Positions 47,750 to 59,265 of a DNA stretch of 64,000 bases are shown piece after piece. The translations under genes were made by a program, and so were the position numbers. The stretch comes from a virus. The stretch lies in IMG/VR virus record IMGVR_UViG_3300035034_002798, positions 32,001-96,000 of that record, one strand, 5' to 3'. Within the stretch, counting starts at the first letter, position 1, and every line of letters starts with the position of its first letter. The notes beneath the pieces are model-generated. The model ran no database searches and was not told the origin of the DNA. It saw nothing but the letters and a program-made list of their open reading frames with translations.

Positions 47750-48736
47750 ATGGCTTTAAGACCGATTAACTCAAAGATGATCTTAGCAATTGAACCAAGA
47801 AAGATAGACTCAAATGTACCATTAGATACAGACATAAAGGTAACTTTTCAAAGAGATATGGATGTTAGTACCCTTAACACCTCCACGTTTCAGGTTGCTA
47901 AAAATAATGGTGAAACAATAGAAGGTCATATTAACTATGATGATAAAATTGCTTATTTTGTTCCAGAAGGTGAATTGGAACCAGACACTACCTATCAAGT
48001 AACACTTGTAGGCCAAAGTGATTTAGAAGAAAACGAAAAGGAACAAGGTATAAAAGACATATTAGATAACAGTCTTTATGGTAATTACACCTGGACTTTT
48101 ACAACAGAAAATTCAAAGACCATTGATCCCCCACAACTTGAAGAACCTTACAACGAAAGTTACTTAACAGAAAATCCAATAGAATTCAGCTGGGAGAGAC
48201 CAGAAGGCGCAGTAAGATTCGAATTACAGGTTGCAAGAGATAGAAACTTCAGAGCAGTAATCTGGCCTAAAAAAGATTCACATATATCCAAGGAGCACAT
48301 AACTCCAGATGTAGAATTTGAAGATGGGCAGTATTACTGGAGGGTTAGATCTATTGATTCAAGAGAAAGACCCAGTAAGTGGAGTGAGATCTGGACTTTT
48401 TCGATAGATACTCTTAAAAAGGGAAAGGTTACAGAACACGACGCTGATGAACCAGAAGTAATAGAAAGCGGGTATGTTCCAGCAAGAGAGCTTGCTGACC
48501 AGTTCCCAGAAGAAAGCGACTCCAACCTTGATTTAAACCTAGGCGCGATCGTCATTAAGGTTCTTGGCGAGGTTGACCCAGAAGAAGTAAATGAAAACAA
48601 TTTTAAGATAAATGGTAAGACAATAGGATACCGACAGGAAGATGAATCACACGGCAGAGTAGAAGGAACAATATCTGTTTTTTATAAGGATGGGCTCAGT
48701 CATATAATATTCCAACCAGAGCCGATCACGGAGTAA
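47750..48736 (+). CDS. Ig-like (Big_5) and FN3-like virion protein
   Basis: IKVTFQRDMD..TLN, LEPDTTYQVTL, YTWTFTT; FSW...YYWRVRS...WS. Confidence 0.8.
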   Translation: MALRPINSKMILAIEPRKIDSNVPLDTDIKVTFQRDMDVSTLNTSTFQVAKNNGETIEGHINYDDKIAYFVPEGELEPDTTYQVTLVGQSDLEENEKEQGIKDILDNSLYGNYTWTFTTENSKTIDPPQLEEPYNESYLTENPIEFSWERPEGAVRFELQVARDRNFRAVIWPKKDSHISKEHITPDVEFEDGQYYWRVRSIDSRERPSKWSEIWTFSIDTLKKGKVTEHDADEPEVIESGYVPARELADQFPEESDSNLDLNLGAIVIKVLGEVDPEEVNENNFKINGKTIGYRQEDESHGRVEGTISVFYKDGLSHIIFQPEPITE

Positions 48737-48748
48737 AGGAGGATCTAA

Positions 48749-51700
48749 ATGGCAATTAATATACAAGGTGGCACCGAAGATCCAAAAAAAGTTTTGTTAG
48801 AATTTAAAGGCAATCAAGCCGAAATATCAGAAGATGGAGCCATTAAAGTTGACAGTACTCACACTATACAGGAAGTATCGGGTAGTGTTGATATAAATAG
48901 TCCTGTTGACATAAATGACCCAATTGAGACGAAAGAGCTCAATACAATAAGAAGTATAGAGTCAATGCCACCGGTTAAGATAGACGGTGCTCAAAACATA
49001 GTTAAAGCTGAGATAGATCAGCCCATTACTGTAAAACAAAATGATACGGTTTTATCAAGAATAGTTAATTCAAAAGTGCCGGTTGAAGGGGAAGTATCTG
49101 TAAGCAATATCCCGATACCACTTAATGCTGGTAAAGATGCTGTTAAGATTGATGGCAGTATTGATGTTAATAATCTGCCCGCAGTCCAGGAAGTTGATGG
49201 TACAGTAACTATCAAACAGGAAACTGGTGACAGATTAAAGGTTGACGCTAATATAGGTAACACCCCATTACCAGTGAGTACAGGTACAAACTCTCTGGAT
49301 ATAGATGGTGAGGTTAGATTAAAGCCAGGAGACGAGCTTATTGGTTCGGTTAATATAAACGGAAGACCTACTGTTGATGTTGGCAATCTCGCAAAAGATG
49401 CTAATGATCACCTTCAGGTGGATATAGTATCACAGCCTACTATTACTTTTGATGAAGTAAAAATAAATCCAGACTGGAATGGAGTAACAGTAACCAATTT
49501 TCCAGATATCCAAACAGTTAATCTTAAAGAAAATACCGTAAGACTCCCAACTTCAATACAGGAAAACTTAAAAAGTGTAACAGCAGAAGTTTCAAACATA
49601 GTAAAAGTAAAAGACCTTTCAGATAATAAGCATGTTGATGTAAATAACTGGCCGGCAGTACAGGATATAAGAGGAGAGGTTACACTACCAAGTGATATGG
49701 TGGATGACCTTAAAGTAGTACAGGTCGATAACTTCCCTGCAGTCCAGGATGTATCAATACCAGATGCTCACTTAGATTCTCTAGGTAGATGGATGGTTAA
49801 GGTAGATAAAATGCCTGCTATCACAATTGATGATTCCACGCCTATTAAAGTAGATACAGAGCTTACGGTCGAAAATGCCCAGGTTAATTTAGATAATCTA
49901 AAAAGTGTTGATGTAATAGATACATTGACTTCTATAACCAACCCGGTACCGATAGATGATGCAGAACCGATCAAAGTAGATGTAATAGGTATTGACCAGG
50001 TAACCTTTACTAACAGCTATTTAGATACTCATGAACAGAATGCATACGACGATATAAACGATAGATTTAAAGTGACTGTAGAAGAAGATCTTACAGGTCT
50101 AAGAAATGTAAATGTAGTGAATGAGTTATTGGATGTGAATGTTACAAATATTCCTGCAGTCCAGACTGTTGATGCTACTGGATTAGATATAAGAAATCTA
50201 ACAGCAGCACAGGATCATGTTAGTGCACAGATACTTAATAGCTCGCTTACGGTAGATAACGGTACACAACCTTTAGAAGTTACTGGAATGGTGGATGTAA
50301 ATAACTTCCCCAATGTTTATCCAATAACAAATGACGGTTCACCAATATCTATAGAAGGAACAGTAAATTCTAAGATAGTCAGTGCTCCTACAATAGAGGT
50401 TGCACCTGATTTAATGAAAGATCCTTTTCCTGTAGTTGGAACAGATTTTGATATCAGATCTCTTACAGCACTGGAAGATACTATAAGTGTTGAAGGGGGA
50501 AACACAAACCCTGTTAATATAGCTGGAGATGTAAGAGTAGAAAATCTCCCTGCAAATCAGGACGTAAAGGTGACCAACATCTCCCTGGACGCAAATAATC
50601 ATGTCCAGGCGGATTTATTATCGCTGCCGGCTGTAGAATTACATGCTGATACGCTGGCAGCCCTTGAAAATACCACAGTAACAGTTGACAATATACCATC
50701 AAACCAAGATGTTACTGTAACCAATATAAATCTAGACGATCTCGGCAATCAGCAGGTTGATATAGTTGATATGCCAAGCATACCACAGGGTAATAACATA
50801 ATAGGACAGACCAGAACTCTAGGGTATAACTACGACGAATTGTCTCCTACAGAAAATGAGATAAGAGTCAATGGAACTGGCGAGCAGTTTACCCATATCA
50901 TGAATCTACCCGAAGTACAAAAGGTAGACCTAAATAATGTAAGCCAGGACGCTGACAATAGGGTAAATGTAAATATAGACAATCAGCCAACAGTAAAAAT
51001 AGATGATTCTACTCCGATCAAAGTCGACACAGAGCTATCAGTACAGAACGCTGAAATTACACTAGATAATCTAACAAGTGTTGATACTGTTGATACTATT
51101 ACTTCGATCACAAATCCCGTACCAATCGATGATTCTACACCAATAGCTGTTGACGTAATCGGAATAGATACAGTTAATATCGAAGGCGGGATCTTAGATA
51201 CCAGAGAACAGAATGCATACGATACTGTAAATGATAGATTTAAAGTATCTATAGAACAGGAACCAGGAATAAGAGATGTAAATGTTACAAATACTGTACT
51301 TCCTATTGAGGGGACAGTAGAGGTTACAAATATTCCTGCCATTCAGACTGTAGATGCTACAGATTTAGATATAAGAGCCCTAGCAGCGGCAACCGATTCA
51401 GTTACTGCCACAATAGATAATCCTAGCTTAGATGTAAACCTTAATAATGGAATATTACAGGATGCTGCAGGGCATGGTCAGATAGATATACTAGATATGC
51501 CGAGTATAACTGGTAATGTAGTAATCGACAACCTTCCTGCTAATCAAGATGTAACAGTTTCCAATCCAGAAGCAAGAGATCTCGACGGACACCCGCAGGT
51601 CGATATAGTCAATACGCCAACGGTAAACGTACAGAATCTTGATGTTATTGGTTCAGAAACAGACCATTCAACAAGCAGTGTTCAGGTATACGGTAATGAT

Positions 51701-52132
51701 GGCACATCCAACCAACCTGTTGCTACAGATAATGAAGGTAGATTAAGAACTGTAAGCGAGCAAAATAAAGCACCTATAGATAAATACTTTGAGAAAACCT
51801 TAGATAAAGATGAATTTTCATATAAAGACTATGTAATTCCAGCAGGAGAAGAGTGGGTTATAGAAAACTTAGGGTACTCAATGTCACCTAAATGGGGACA
51901 CTGGCACGACTGGCATAAAGATTATGGACTGGAAATAGAAATGGTCTGGGATCCAGACGGTGTTGACGAAACAGTTAGAAGATTATCAGGTAACGGCAGC
52001 AACCCAGAGATAAACCTAAGACGCTCATTTATTGGAGACGGGACTAAAAAGATAAGAATAGTTGTCAGAAATAGAAGTCACGATGACGATGACCTTGTAA
52101 CTTCAGCCTGGTTCTTAGGCTACAGGAAATAA
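48749..52132 (+). CDS. Large acidic repeat-rich fibre-like virion protein
   Basis: Many VxNxPxxQxV repeats and an internal duplication of about 150 aa. Confidence 0.7.
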   Translation: MAINIQGGTEDPKKVLLEFKGNQAEISEDGAIKVDSTHTIQEVSGSVDINSPVDINDPIETKELNTIRSIESMPPVKIDGAQNIVKAEIDQPITVKQNDTVLSRIVNSKVPVEGEVSVSNIPIPLNAGKDAVKIDGSIDVNNLPAVQEVDGTVTIKQETGDRLKVDANIGNTPLPVSTGTNSLDIDGEVRLKPGDELIGSVNINGRPTVDVGNLAKDANDHLQVDIVSQPTITFDEVKINPDWNGVTVTNFPDIQTVNLKENTVRLPTSIQENLKSVTAEVSNIVKVKDLSDNKHVDVNNWPAVQDIRGEVTLPSDMVDDLKVVQVDNFPAVQDVSIPDAHLDSLGRWMVKVDKMPAITIDDSTPIKVDTELTVENAQVNLDNLKSVDVIDTLTSITNPVPIDDAEPIKVDVIGIDQVTFTNSYLDTHEQNAYDDINDRFKVTVEEDLTGLRNVNVVNELLDVNVTNIPAVQTVDATGLDIRNLTAAQDHVSAQILNSSLTVDNGTQPLEVTGMVDVNNFPNVYPITNDGSPISIEGTVNSKIVSAPTIEVAPDLMKDPFPVVGTDFDIRSLTALEDTISVEGGNTNPVNIAGDVRVENLPANQDVKVTNISLDANNHVQADLLSLPAVELHADTLAALENTTVTVDNIPSNQDVTVTNINLDDLGNQQVDIVDMPSIPQGNNIIGQTRTLGYNYDELSPTENEIRVNGTGEQFTHIMNLPEVQKVDLNNVSQDADNRVNVNIDNQPTVKIDDSTPIKVDTELSVQNAEITLDNLTSVDTVDTITSITNPVPIDDSTPIAVDVIGIDTVNIEGGILDTREQNAYDTVNDRFKVSIEQEPGIRDVNVTNTVLPIEGTVEVTNIPAIQTVDATDLDIRALAAATDSVTATIDNPSLDVNLNNGILQDAAGHGQIDILDMPSITGNVVIDNLPANQDVTVSNPEARDLDGHPQVDIVNTPTVNVQNLDVIGSETDHSTSSVQVYGNDGTSNQPVATDNEGRLRTVSEQNKAPIDKYFEKTLDKDEFSYKDYVIPAGEEWVIENLGYSMSPKWGHWHDWHKDYGLEIEMVWDPDGVDETVRRLSGNGSNPEINLRRSFIGDGTKKIRIVVRNRSHDDDDLVTSAWFLGYRK

Positions 52133-52147
52133 CGGGGGAGGTATTAG

Positions 52148-52723
52148 ATGTTAGATAATCAAGTGATCGACATGGGATACTGGAAATTTAAAGAACTCTA
52201 TCAAGAAAGAAACTATCCCATGTGTTATTCAGAAAACTCAAAGGCTTACACGCTAATGATGTATGAGAGACACAGAGGATATAGATGTAAGGTAATAAAA
52301 AGCGGCTATGAAGATAGTTATATGACTGACCTAACAAGTCAGCAAGTAACAGATGTAGAAACAGACTTTAATGCAACCGGCAGCATCAAAGAGAATGCCA
52401 AGTTAGTAGAAGATATCACTAATGAGGCAGCTCTTGGTATAAACGTGAGTTCTTTTAAATACAATGCTAGCTTTAAAGAGAATCATCGTATAATCGATTT
52501 AGTACAGGACGATATCCCGTTTGAAGGTAAATGTAAATCGATCTGGTTTAAATCAGATAAAGATCTTAATTTCCAGATAAATAATGGTGATGTTATCTAT
52601 GTACATCACGGAGTAGAATATCAAGTAGAATTTGATTATAAATTAGTAAATCCAGTCTTTAACTTCACCTCTCAAAACGGTGATGGCTGGTTGAATTATT
52701 ACATTGATGGCGAGGTGTTATAA
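52148..52723 (+). CDS. Hypothetical protein
   Basis: GGGGAGGT SD. Confidence 0.7.
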   Translation: MLDNQVIDMGYWKFKELYQERNYPMCYSENSKAYTLMMYERHRGYRCKVIKSGYEDSYMTDLTSQQVTDVETDFNATGSIKENAKLVEDITNEAALGINVSSFKYNASFKENHRIIDLVQDDIPFEGKCKSIWFKSDKDLNFQINNGDVIYVHHGVEYQVEFDYKLVNPVFNFTSQNGDGWLNYYIDGEVL

Positions 52724-53212
52724 ATGCCAGTAAGAAAAACCACTAAAGATGTAAGTTTATCTGGAAAGTATATAGACGGGACAGAAAGACAGGCTAACAT
52801 TGACCAACATGGAGCTCTTAAGGTAGTCACCCTAAACTACAAGCCCGGACGAAATATCTTAATGAAAGGTCATAAATTCACGGCAAAAGCGGCCTTTGGT
52901 CCAGATAGTCCAAGAACAACAGAGCATGTATGGGAACTGCCCTACGGTATAAACCTGCTAGGTGGAAATTTTAAAATGAAGAACGCTACTGATGGAGATA
53001 AGATAAATATATCTGTAATATATCCACAGGAAGATGGTTCTGAGATAGAGGTTAATTTTGTAGAAGACCTCTTTATCTTCCAGGGCGAGGAGTACTCTCT
53101 TAATAATGACACAAGTTTTGAGTTACCTGCGGCAACAAAGATAAAGGTATATTACACTAATACAGCAGAAAAGACCAAAGAAATATTTTACAGTTACACA
53201 CTTTATAGATAA
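52724..53212 (+). CDS. Hypothetical (likely structural) protein
   Basis: GAGGTG SD. Confidence 0.7.
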   Translation: MPVRKTTKDVSLSGKYIDGTERQANIDQHGALKVVTLNYKPGRNILMKGHKFTAKAAFGPDSPRTTEHVWELPYGINLLGGNFKMKNATDGDKINISVIYPQEDGSEIEVNFVEDLFIFQGEEYSLNNDTSFELPAATKIKVYYTNTAEKTKEIFYSYTLYR

Positions 53213-53223
53213 GGAGTGAAGCC

Positions 53224-53474
53224 ATGAAAGCATTAGTCTTGTCAGGCGGCGCCTTCAGAGGTGCTGTGCACATAGGTGCTATAAAGGCACTAGAGGAAGC
53301 AGGATACAAACCAGATATTATAGTAGGAACAAGCATGGGGTCCGTAGTTGGCGGGGCTTATGCTTACGGGTATTCACCAGAAGAGATACAAGATATATTA
53401 AACGAAATAAATTGGTTCAAGATGATAGATCCAGATATAAGAGGATTTTTATCAACAGTATTACCATTTTATGA
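53224..53474 (+). pseudogene. Patatin-like phospholipase, truncated at the palindrome axis
   Basis: [16 protein letters not shown] nucleophile elbow; catalytic DGG half absent. Confidence 0.85.
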
Positions 53475-53736
53475 TCATAAAATGGTAATACTGTTGATAA
53501 AAATCCTCTTATATCTGGATCTATCATCTTGAACCAATTTATTTCGTTTAATATATCTTGTATCTCTTCTGGTGAATACCCGTAAGCATAAGCCCCGCCA
53601 ACTACGGACCCCATGCTTGTTCCTACTATAATATCTGGTTTGTATCCTGCTTCCTCTAGTGCCTTTATAGCACCTATGTGCACAGCACCTCTGAAGGCGC
53701 CGCCTGACAAGACTAATGCTTTCATGGCTTCACTCC

Positions 53737-54225
53737 TTATCTATAAAGTGTGTAACTGTAAAATATTTCTTTGGTCTTTTCTGCTGTATTAGTGTAATAT
53801 ACCTTTATCTTTGTTGCCGCAGGTAACTCAAAACTTGTGTCATTATTAAGAGAGTACTCCTCGCCCTGGAAGATAAAGAGGTCTTCTACAAAATTAACCT
53901 CTATCTCAGAACCATCTTCCTGTGGATATATTACAGATATATTTATCTTATCTCCATCAGTAGCGTTCTTCATTTTAAAATTTCCACCTAGCAGGTTTAT
54001 ACCGTAGGGCAGTTCCCATACATGCTCTGTTGTTCTTGGACTATCTGGACCAAAGGCCGCTTTTGCCGTGAATTTATGACCTTTCATTAAGATATTTCGT
54101 CCGGGCTTGTAGTTTAGGGTGACTACCTTAAGAGCTCCATGTTGGTCAATGTTAGCCTGTCTTTCTGTCCCGTCTATATACTTTCCAGATAAACTTACAT
54201 CTTTAGTGGTTTTTCTTACTGGCAT
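53737..54225 (-). CDS. Mirror copy of 52724..53212
   Basis: Identical translation. Confidence 0.5.
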   Translation of the reverse strand: MPVRKTTKDVSLSGKYIDGTERQANIDQHGALKVVTLNYKPGRNILMKGHKFTAKAAFGPDSPRTTEHVWELPYGINLLGGNFKMKNATDGDKINISVIYPQEDGSEIEVNFVEDLFIFQGEEYSLNNDTSFELPAATKIKVYYTNTAEKTKEIFYSYTLYR

Positions 54226-54801
54226 TTATAACACCTCGCCATCAATGTAATAATTCAACCAGCCATCACCGTTTTGAGAGGTGAAGTTAAAGACTGGATT
54301 TACTAATTTATAATCAAATTCTACTTGATATTCTACTCCGTGATGTACATAGATAACATCACCATTATTTATCTGGAAATTAAGATCTTTATCTGATTTA
54401 AACCAGATCGATTTACATTTACCTTCAAACGGGATATCGTCCTGTACTAAATCGATTATACGATGATTCTCTTTAAAGCTAGCATTGTATTTAAAAGAAC
54501 TCACGTTTATACCAAGAGCTGCCTCATTAGTGATATCTTCTACTAACTTGGCATTCTCTTTGATGCTGCCGGTTGCATTAAAGTCTGTTTCTACATCTGT
54601 TACTTGCTGACTTGTTAGGTCAGTCATATAACTATCTTCATAGCCGCTTTTTATTACCTTACATCTATATCCTCTGTGTCTCTCATACATCATTAGCGTG
54701 TAAGCCTTTGAGTTTTCTGAATAACACATGGGATAGTTTCTTTCTTGATAGAGTTCTTTAAATTTCCAGTATCCCATGTCGATCACTTGATTATCTAACA
54801 T
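54226..54801 (-). CDS. Mirror copy of 52148..52723
   Basis: Identical translation. Confidence 0.5.
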   Translation of the reverse strand: MLDNQVIDMGYWKFKELYQERNYPMCYSENSKAYTLMMYERHRGYRCKVIKSGYEDSYMTDLTSQQVTDVETDFNATGSIKENAKLVEDITNEAALGINVSSFKYNASFKENHRIIDLVQDDIPFEGKCKSIWFKSDKDLNFQINNGDVIYVHHGVEYQVEFDYKLVNPVFNFTSQNGDGWLNYYIDGEVL

Positions 54802-54816
54802 CTAATACCTCCCCCG

Positions 54817-57800
54817 TTATTTCCTGTAGCCTAAGAACCAGGCTGAAGTTACAAGGTCATCGTCATCGTGACTTCTATTTCTGACAACTATTCTTATCTT
54901 TTTAGTCCCGTCTCCAATAAATGAGCGTCTTAGGTTTATCTCTGGGTTGCTGCCGTTACCTGATAATCTTCTAACTGTTTCGTCAACACCGTCTGGATCC
55001 CAGACCATTTCTATTTCCAGTCCATAATCTTTATGCCAGTCGTGCCAGTGTCCCCATTTAGGTGACATTGAGTACCCTAAGTTTTCTATAACCCACTCTT
55101 CTCCTGCTGGAATTACATAGTCTTTATATGAAAATTCATCTTTATCTAAGGTTTTCTCAAAGTATTTATCTATAGGTGCTTTATTTTGCTCGCTTACAGT
55201 TCTTAATCTACCTTCATTATCTGTAGCAACAGGTTGGTTGGATGTGCCATCATTACCGTATACCTGAACACTGCTTGTTGAATGGTCTGTTTCTGAACCA
55301 ATAACATCAAGATTCTGTACGTTTACCGTTGGCGTATTGACTATATCGACCTGCGGGTGTCCGTCGAGATCTCTTGCTTCTGGATTGGAAACTGTTACAT
55401 CTTGATTAGCAGGAAGGTTGTCGATTACTACATTACCAGTTATACTCGGCATATCTAGTATATCTATCTGACCATGCCCTGCAGCATCCTGTAATATTCC
55501 ATTATTAAGGTTTACATCTAAGCTAGGATTATCTATTGTGGCAGTAACTGAATCGGTTGCCGCTGCTAGGGCTCTTATATCTAAATCTGTAGCATCTACA
55601 GTCTGAATGGCAGGAATATTTGTAACCTCTACTGTCCCCTCAATAGGAAGTACAGTATTTGTAACATTTACATCTCTTATTCCTGGTTCCTGTTCTATAG
55701 ATACTTTAAATCTATCATTTACAGTATCGTATGCATTCTGTTCTCTGGTATCTAAGATCCCGCCTTCGATATTAACTGTATCTATTCCGATTACGTCAAC
55801 AGCTATTGGTGTAGAATCATCGATTGGTACGGGATTTGTGATCGAAGTAATAGTATCAACAGTATCAACACTTGTTAGATTATCTAGTGTAATTTCAGCG
55901 TTCTGTACTGATAGCTCTGTGTCGACTTTGATCGGAGTAGAATCATCTATTTTTACTGTTGGCTGATTGTCTATATTTACATTTACCCTATTGTCAGCGT
56001 CCTGGCTTACATTATTTAGGTCTACCTTTTGTACTTCGGGTAGATTCATGATATGGGTAAACTGCTCGCCAGTTCCATTGACTCTTATCTCATTTTCTGT
56101 AGGAGACAATTCGTCGTAGTTATACCCTAGAGTTCTGGTCTGTCCTATTATGTTATTACCCTGTGGTATGCTTGGCATATCAACTATATCAACCTGCTGA
56201 TTGCCGAGATCGTCTAGATTTATATTGGTTACAGTAACATCTTGGTTTGATGGTATATTGTCAACTGTTACTGTGGTATTTTCAAGGGCTGCCAGCGTAT
56301 CAGCATGTAATTCTACAGCCGGCAGCGATAATAAATCCGCCTGGACATGATTATTTGCGTCCAGGGAGATGTTGGTCACCTTTACGTCCTGATTTGCAGG
56401 GAGATTTTCTACTCTTACATCTCCAGCTATATTAACAGGGTTTGTGTTTCCCCCTTCAACACTTATAGTATCTTCCAGTGCTGTAAGAGATCTGATATCA
56501 AAATCTGTTCCAACTACAGGAAAAGGATCTTTCATTAAATCAGGTGCAACCTCTATTGTAGGAGCACTGACTATCTTAGAATTTACTGTTCCTTCTATAG
56601 ATATTGGTGAACCGTCATTTGTTATTGGATAAACATTGGGGAAGTTATTTACATCCACCATTCCAGTAACTTCTAAAGGTTGTGTACCGTTATCTACCGT
56701 AAGCGAGCTATTAAGTATCTGTGCACTAACATGATCCTGTGCTGCTGTTAGATTTCTTATATCTAATCCAGTAGCATCAACAGTCTGGACTGCAGGAATA
56801 TTTGTAACATTCACATCCAATAACTCATTCACTACATTTACATTTCTTAGACCTGTAAGATCTTCTTCTACAGTCACTTTAAATCTATCGTTTATATCGT
56901 CGTATGCATTCTGTTCATGAGTATCTAAATAGCTGTTAGTAAAGGTTACCTGGTCAATACCTATTACATCTACTTTGATCGGTTCTGCATCATCTATCGG
57001 TACCGGGTTGGTTATAGAAGTCAATGTATCTATTACATCAACACTTTTTAGATTATCTAAATTAACCTGGGCATTTTCGACCGTAAGCTCTGTATCTACT
57101 TTAATAGGCGTGGAATCATCAATTGTGATAGCAGGCATTTTATCTACCTTAACCATCCATCTACCTAGAGAATCTAAGTGAGCATCTGGTATTGATACAT
57201 CCTGGACTGCAGGGAAGTTATCGACCTGTACTACTTTAAGGTCATCCACCATATCACTTGGTAGTGTAACCTCTCCTCTTATATCCTGTACTGCCGGCCA
57301 GTTATTTACATCAACATGCTTATTATCTGAAAGGTCTTTTACTTTTACTATGTTTGAAACTTCTGCTGTTACACTTTTTAAGTTTTCCTGTATTGAAGTT
57401 GGGAGTCTTACGGTATTTTCTTTAAGATTAACTGTTTGGATATCTGGAAAATTGGTTACTGTTACTCCATTCCAGTCTGGATTTATTTTTACTTCATCAA
57501 AAGTAATAGTAGGCTGTGATACTATATCCACCTGAAGGTGATCATTAGCATCTTTTGCGAGATTGCCAACATCAACAGTAGGTCTTCCGTTTATATTAAC
57601 CGAACCAATAAGCTCGTCTCCTGGCTTTAATCTAACCTCACCATCTATATCCAGAGAGTTTGTACCTGTACTCACTGGTAATGGGGTGTTACCTATATTA
57701 GCGTCAACCTTTAATCTGTCACCAGTTTCCTGTTTGATAGTTACTGTACCATCAACTTCCTGGACTGCGGGCAGATTATTAACATCAATACTGCCATCAA

Positions 57801-58200
57801 TCTTAACAGCATCTTTACCAGCATTAAGTGGTATCGGGATATTGCTTACAGATACTTCCCCTTCAACCGGCACTTTTGAATTAACTATTCTTGATAAAAC
57901 CGTATCATTTTGTTTTACAGTAATGGGCTGATCTATCTCAGCTTTAACTATGTTTTGAGCACCGTCTATCTTAACCGGTGGCATTGACTCTATACTTCTT
58001 ATTGTATTGAGCTCTTTCGTCTCAATTGGGTCATTTATGTCAACAGGACTATTTATATCAACACTACCCGATACTTCCTGTATAGTGTGAGTACTGTCAA
58101 CTTTAATGGCTCCATCTTCTGATATTTCGGCTTGATTGCCTTTAAATTCTAACAAAACTTTTTTTGGATCTTCGGTGCCACCTTGTATATTAATTGCCAT
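54817..58200 (-). CDS. Mirror copy of the repeat-rich fibre-like protein
   Basis: Identical translation. Confidence 0.5.
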   Translation of the reverse strand: MAINIQGGTEDPKKVLLEFKGNQAEISEDGAIKVDSTHTIQEVSGSVDINSPVDINDPIETKELNTIRSIESMPPVKIDGAQNIVKAEIDQPITVKQNDTVLSRIVNSKVPVEGEVSVSNIPIPLNAGKDAVKIDGSIDVNNLPAVQEVDGTVTIKQETGDRLKVDANIGNTPLPVSTGTNSLDIDGEVRLKPGDELIGSVNINGRPTVDVGNLAKDANDHLQVDIVSQPTITFDEVKINPDWNGVTVTNFPDIQTVNLKENTVRLPTSIQENLKSVTAEVSNIVKVKDLSDNKHVDVNNWPAVQDIRGEVTLPSDMVDDLKVVQVDNFPAVQDVSIPDAHLDSLGRWMVKVDKMPAITIDDSTPIKVDTELTVENAQVNLDNLKSVDVIDTLTSITNPVPIDDAEPIKVDVIGIDQVTFTNSYLDTHEQNAYDDINDRFKVTVEEDLTGLRNVNVVNELLDVNVTNIPAVQTVDATGLDIRNLTAAQDHVSAQILNSSLTVDNGTQPLEVTGMVDVNNFPNVYPITNDGSPISIEGTVNSKIVSAPTIEVAPDLMKDPFPVVGTDFDIRSLTALEDTISVEGGNTNPVNIAGDVRVENLPANQDVKVTNISLDANNHVQADLLSLPAVELHADTLAALENTTVTVDNIPSNQDVTVTNINLDDLGNQQVDIVDMPSIPQGNNIIGQTRTLGYNYDELSPTENEIRVNGTGEQFTHIMNLPEVQKVDLNNVSQDADNRVNVNIDNQPTVKIDDSTPIKVDTELSVQNAEITLDNLTSVDTVDTITSITNPVPIDDSTPIAVDVIGIDTVNIEGGILDTREQNAYDTVNDRFKVSIEQEPGIRDVNVTNTVLPIEGTVEVTNIPAIQTVDATDLDIRALAAATDSVTATIDNPSLDVNLNNGILQDAAGHGQIDILDMPSITGNVVIDNLPANQDVTVSNPEARDLDGHPQVDIVNTPTVNVQNLDVIGSETDHSTSSVQVYGNDGTSNQPVATDNEGRLRTVSEQNKAPIDKYFEKTLDKDEFSYKDYVIPAGEEWVIENLGYSMSPKWGHWHDWHKDYGLEIEMVWDPDGVDETVRRLSGNGSNPEINLRRSFIGDGTKKIRIVVRNRSHDDDDLVTSAWFLGYRK

Positions 58201-58212
58201 TTAGATCCTCCT

Positions 58213-59199
58213 TTACTCCGTGATCGGCTCTGGTTGGAATATTATATGACTGAGCCCATCCTTATAAAAAACAGATATTGTTCCTTCTACTCTGCCGTGT
58301 GATTCATCTTCCTGTCGGTATCCTATTGTCTTACCATTTATCTTAAAATTGTTTTCATTTACTTCTTCTGGGTCAACCTCGCCAAGAACCTTAATGACGA
58401 TCGCGCCTAGGTTTAAATCAAGGTTGGAGTCGCTTTCTTCTGGGAACTGGTCAGCAAGCTCTCTTGCTGGAACATACCCGCTTTCTATTACTTCTGGTTC
58501 ATCAGCGTCGTGTTCTGTAACCTTTCCCTTTTTAAGAGTATCTATCGAAAAAGTCCAGATCTCACTCCACTTACTGGGTCTTTCTCTTGAATCAATAGAT
58601 CTAACCCTCCAGTAATACTGCCCATCTTCAAATTCTACATCTGGAGTTATGTGCTCCTTGGATATATGTGAATCTTTTTTAGGCCAGATTACTGCTCTGA
58701 AGTTTCTATCTCTTGCAACCTGTAATTCGAATCTTACTGCGCCTTCTGGTCTCTCCCAGCTGAATTCTATTGGATTTTCTGTTAAGTAACTTTCGTTGTA
58801 AGGTTCTTCAAGTTGTGGGGGATCAATGGTCTTTGAATTTTCTGTTGTAAAAGTCCAGGTGTAATTACCATAAAGACTGTTATCTAATATGTCTTTTATA
58901 CCTTGTTCCTTTTCGTTTTCTTCTAAATCACTTTGGCCTACAAGTGTTACTTGATAGGTAGTGTCTGGTTCCAATTCACCTTCTGGAACAAAATAAGCAA
59001 TTTTATCATCATAGTTAATATGACCTTCTATTGTTTCACCATTATTTTTAGCAACCTGAAACGTGGAGGTGTTAAGGGTACTAACATCCATATCTCTTTG
59101 AAAAGTTACCTTTATGTCTGTATCTAATGGTACATTTGAGTCTATCTTTCTTGGTTCAATTGCTAAGATCATCTTTGAGTTAATCGGTCTTAAAGCCAT
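58213..59199 (-). CDS. Mirror copy of the Ig-like protein
   Basis: Identical translation. Confidence 0.5.
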   Translation of the reverse strand: MALRPINSKMILAIEPRKIDSNVPLDTDIKVTFQRDMDVSTLNTSTFQVAKNNGETIEGHINYDDKIAYFVPEGELEPDTTYQVTLVGQSDLEENEKEQGIKDILDNSLYGNYTWTFTTENSKTIDPPQLEEPYNESYLTENPIEFSWERPEGAVRFELQVARDRNFRAVIWPKKDSHISKEHITPDVEFEDGQYYWRVRSIDSRERPSKWSEIWTFSIDTLKKGKVTEHDADEPEVIESGYVPARELADQFPEESDSNLDLNLGAIVIKVLGEVDPEEVNENNFKINGKTIGYRQEDESHGRVEGTISVFYKDGLSHIIFQPEPITE

Positions 59200-59265
59200 C
59201 TAAATCCTCCTCGTTTCCTATATGTATATATGGGGCCTCTTTTACAAGACCCCATTGTTTTGTTT

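Noticed and set aside
53475-53532. Hydrophobic C-terminal tail of the 102-aa patatin ORF
   Set aside because: Read-through into the mirrored arm, not native coding sequence
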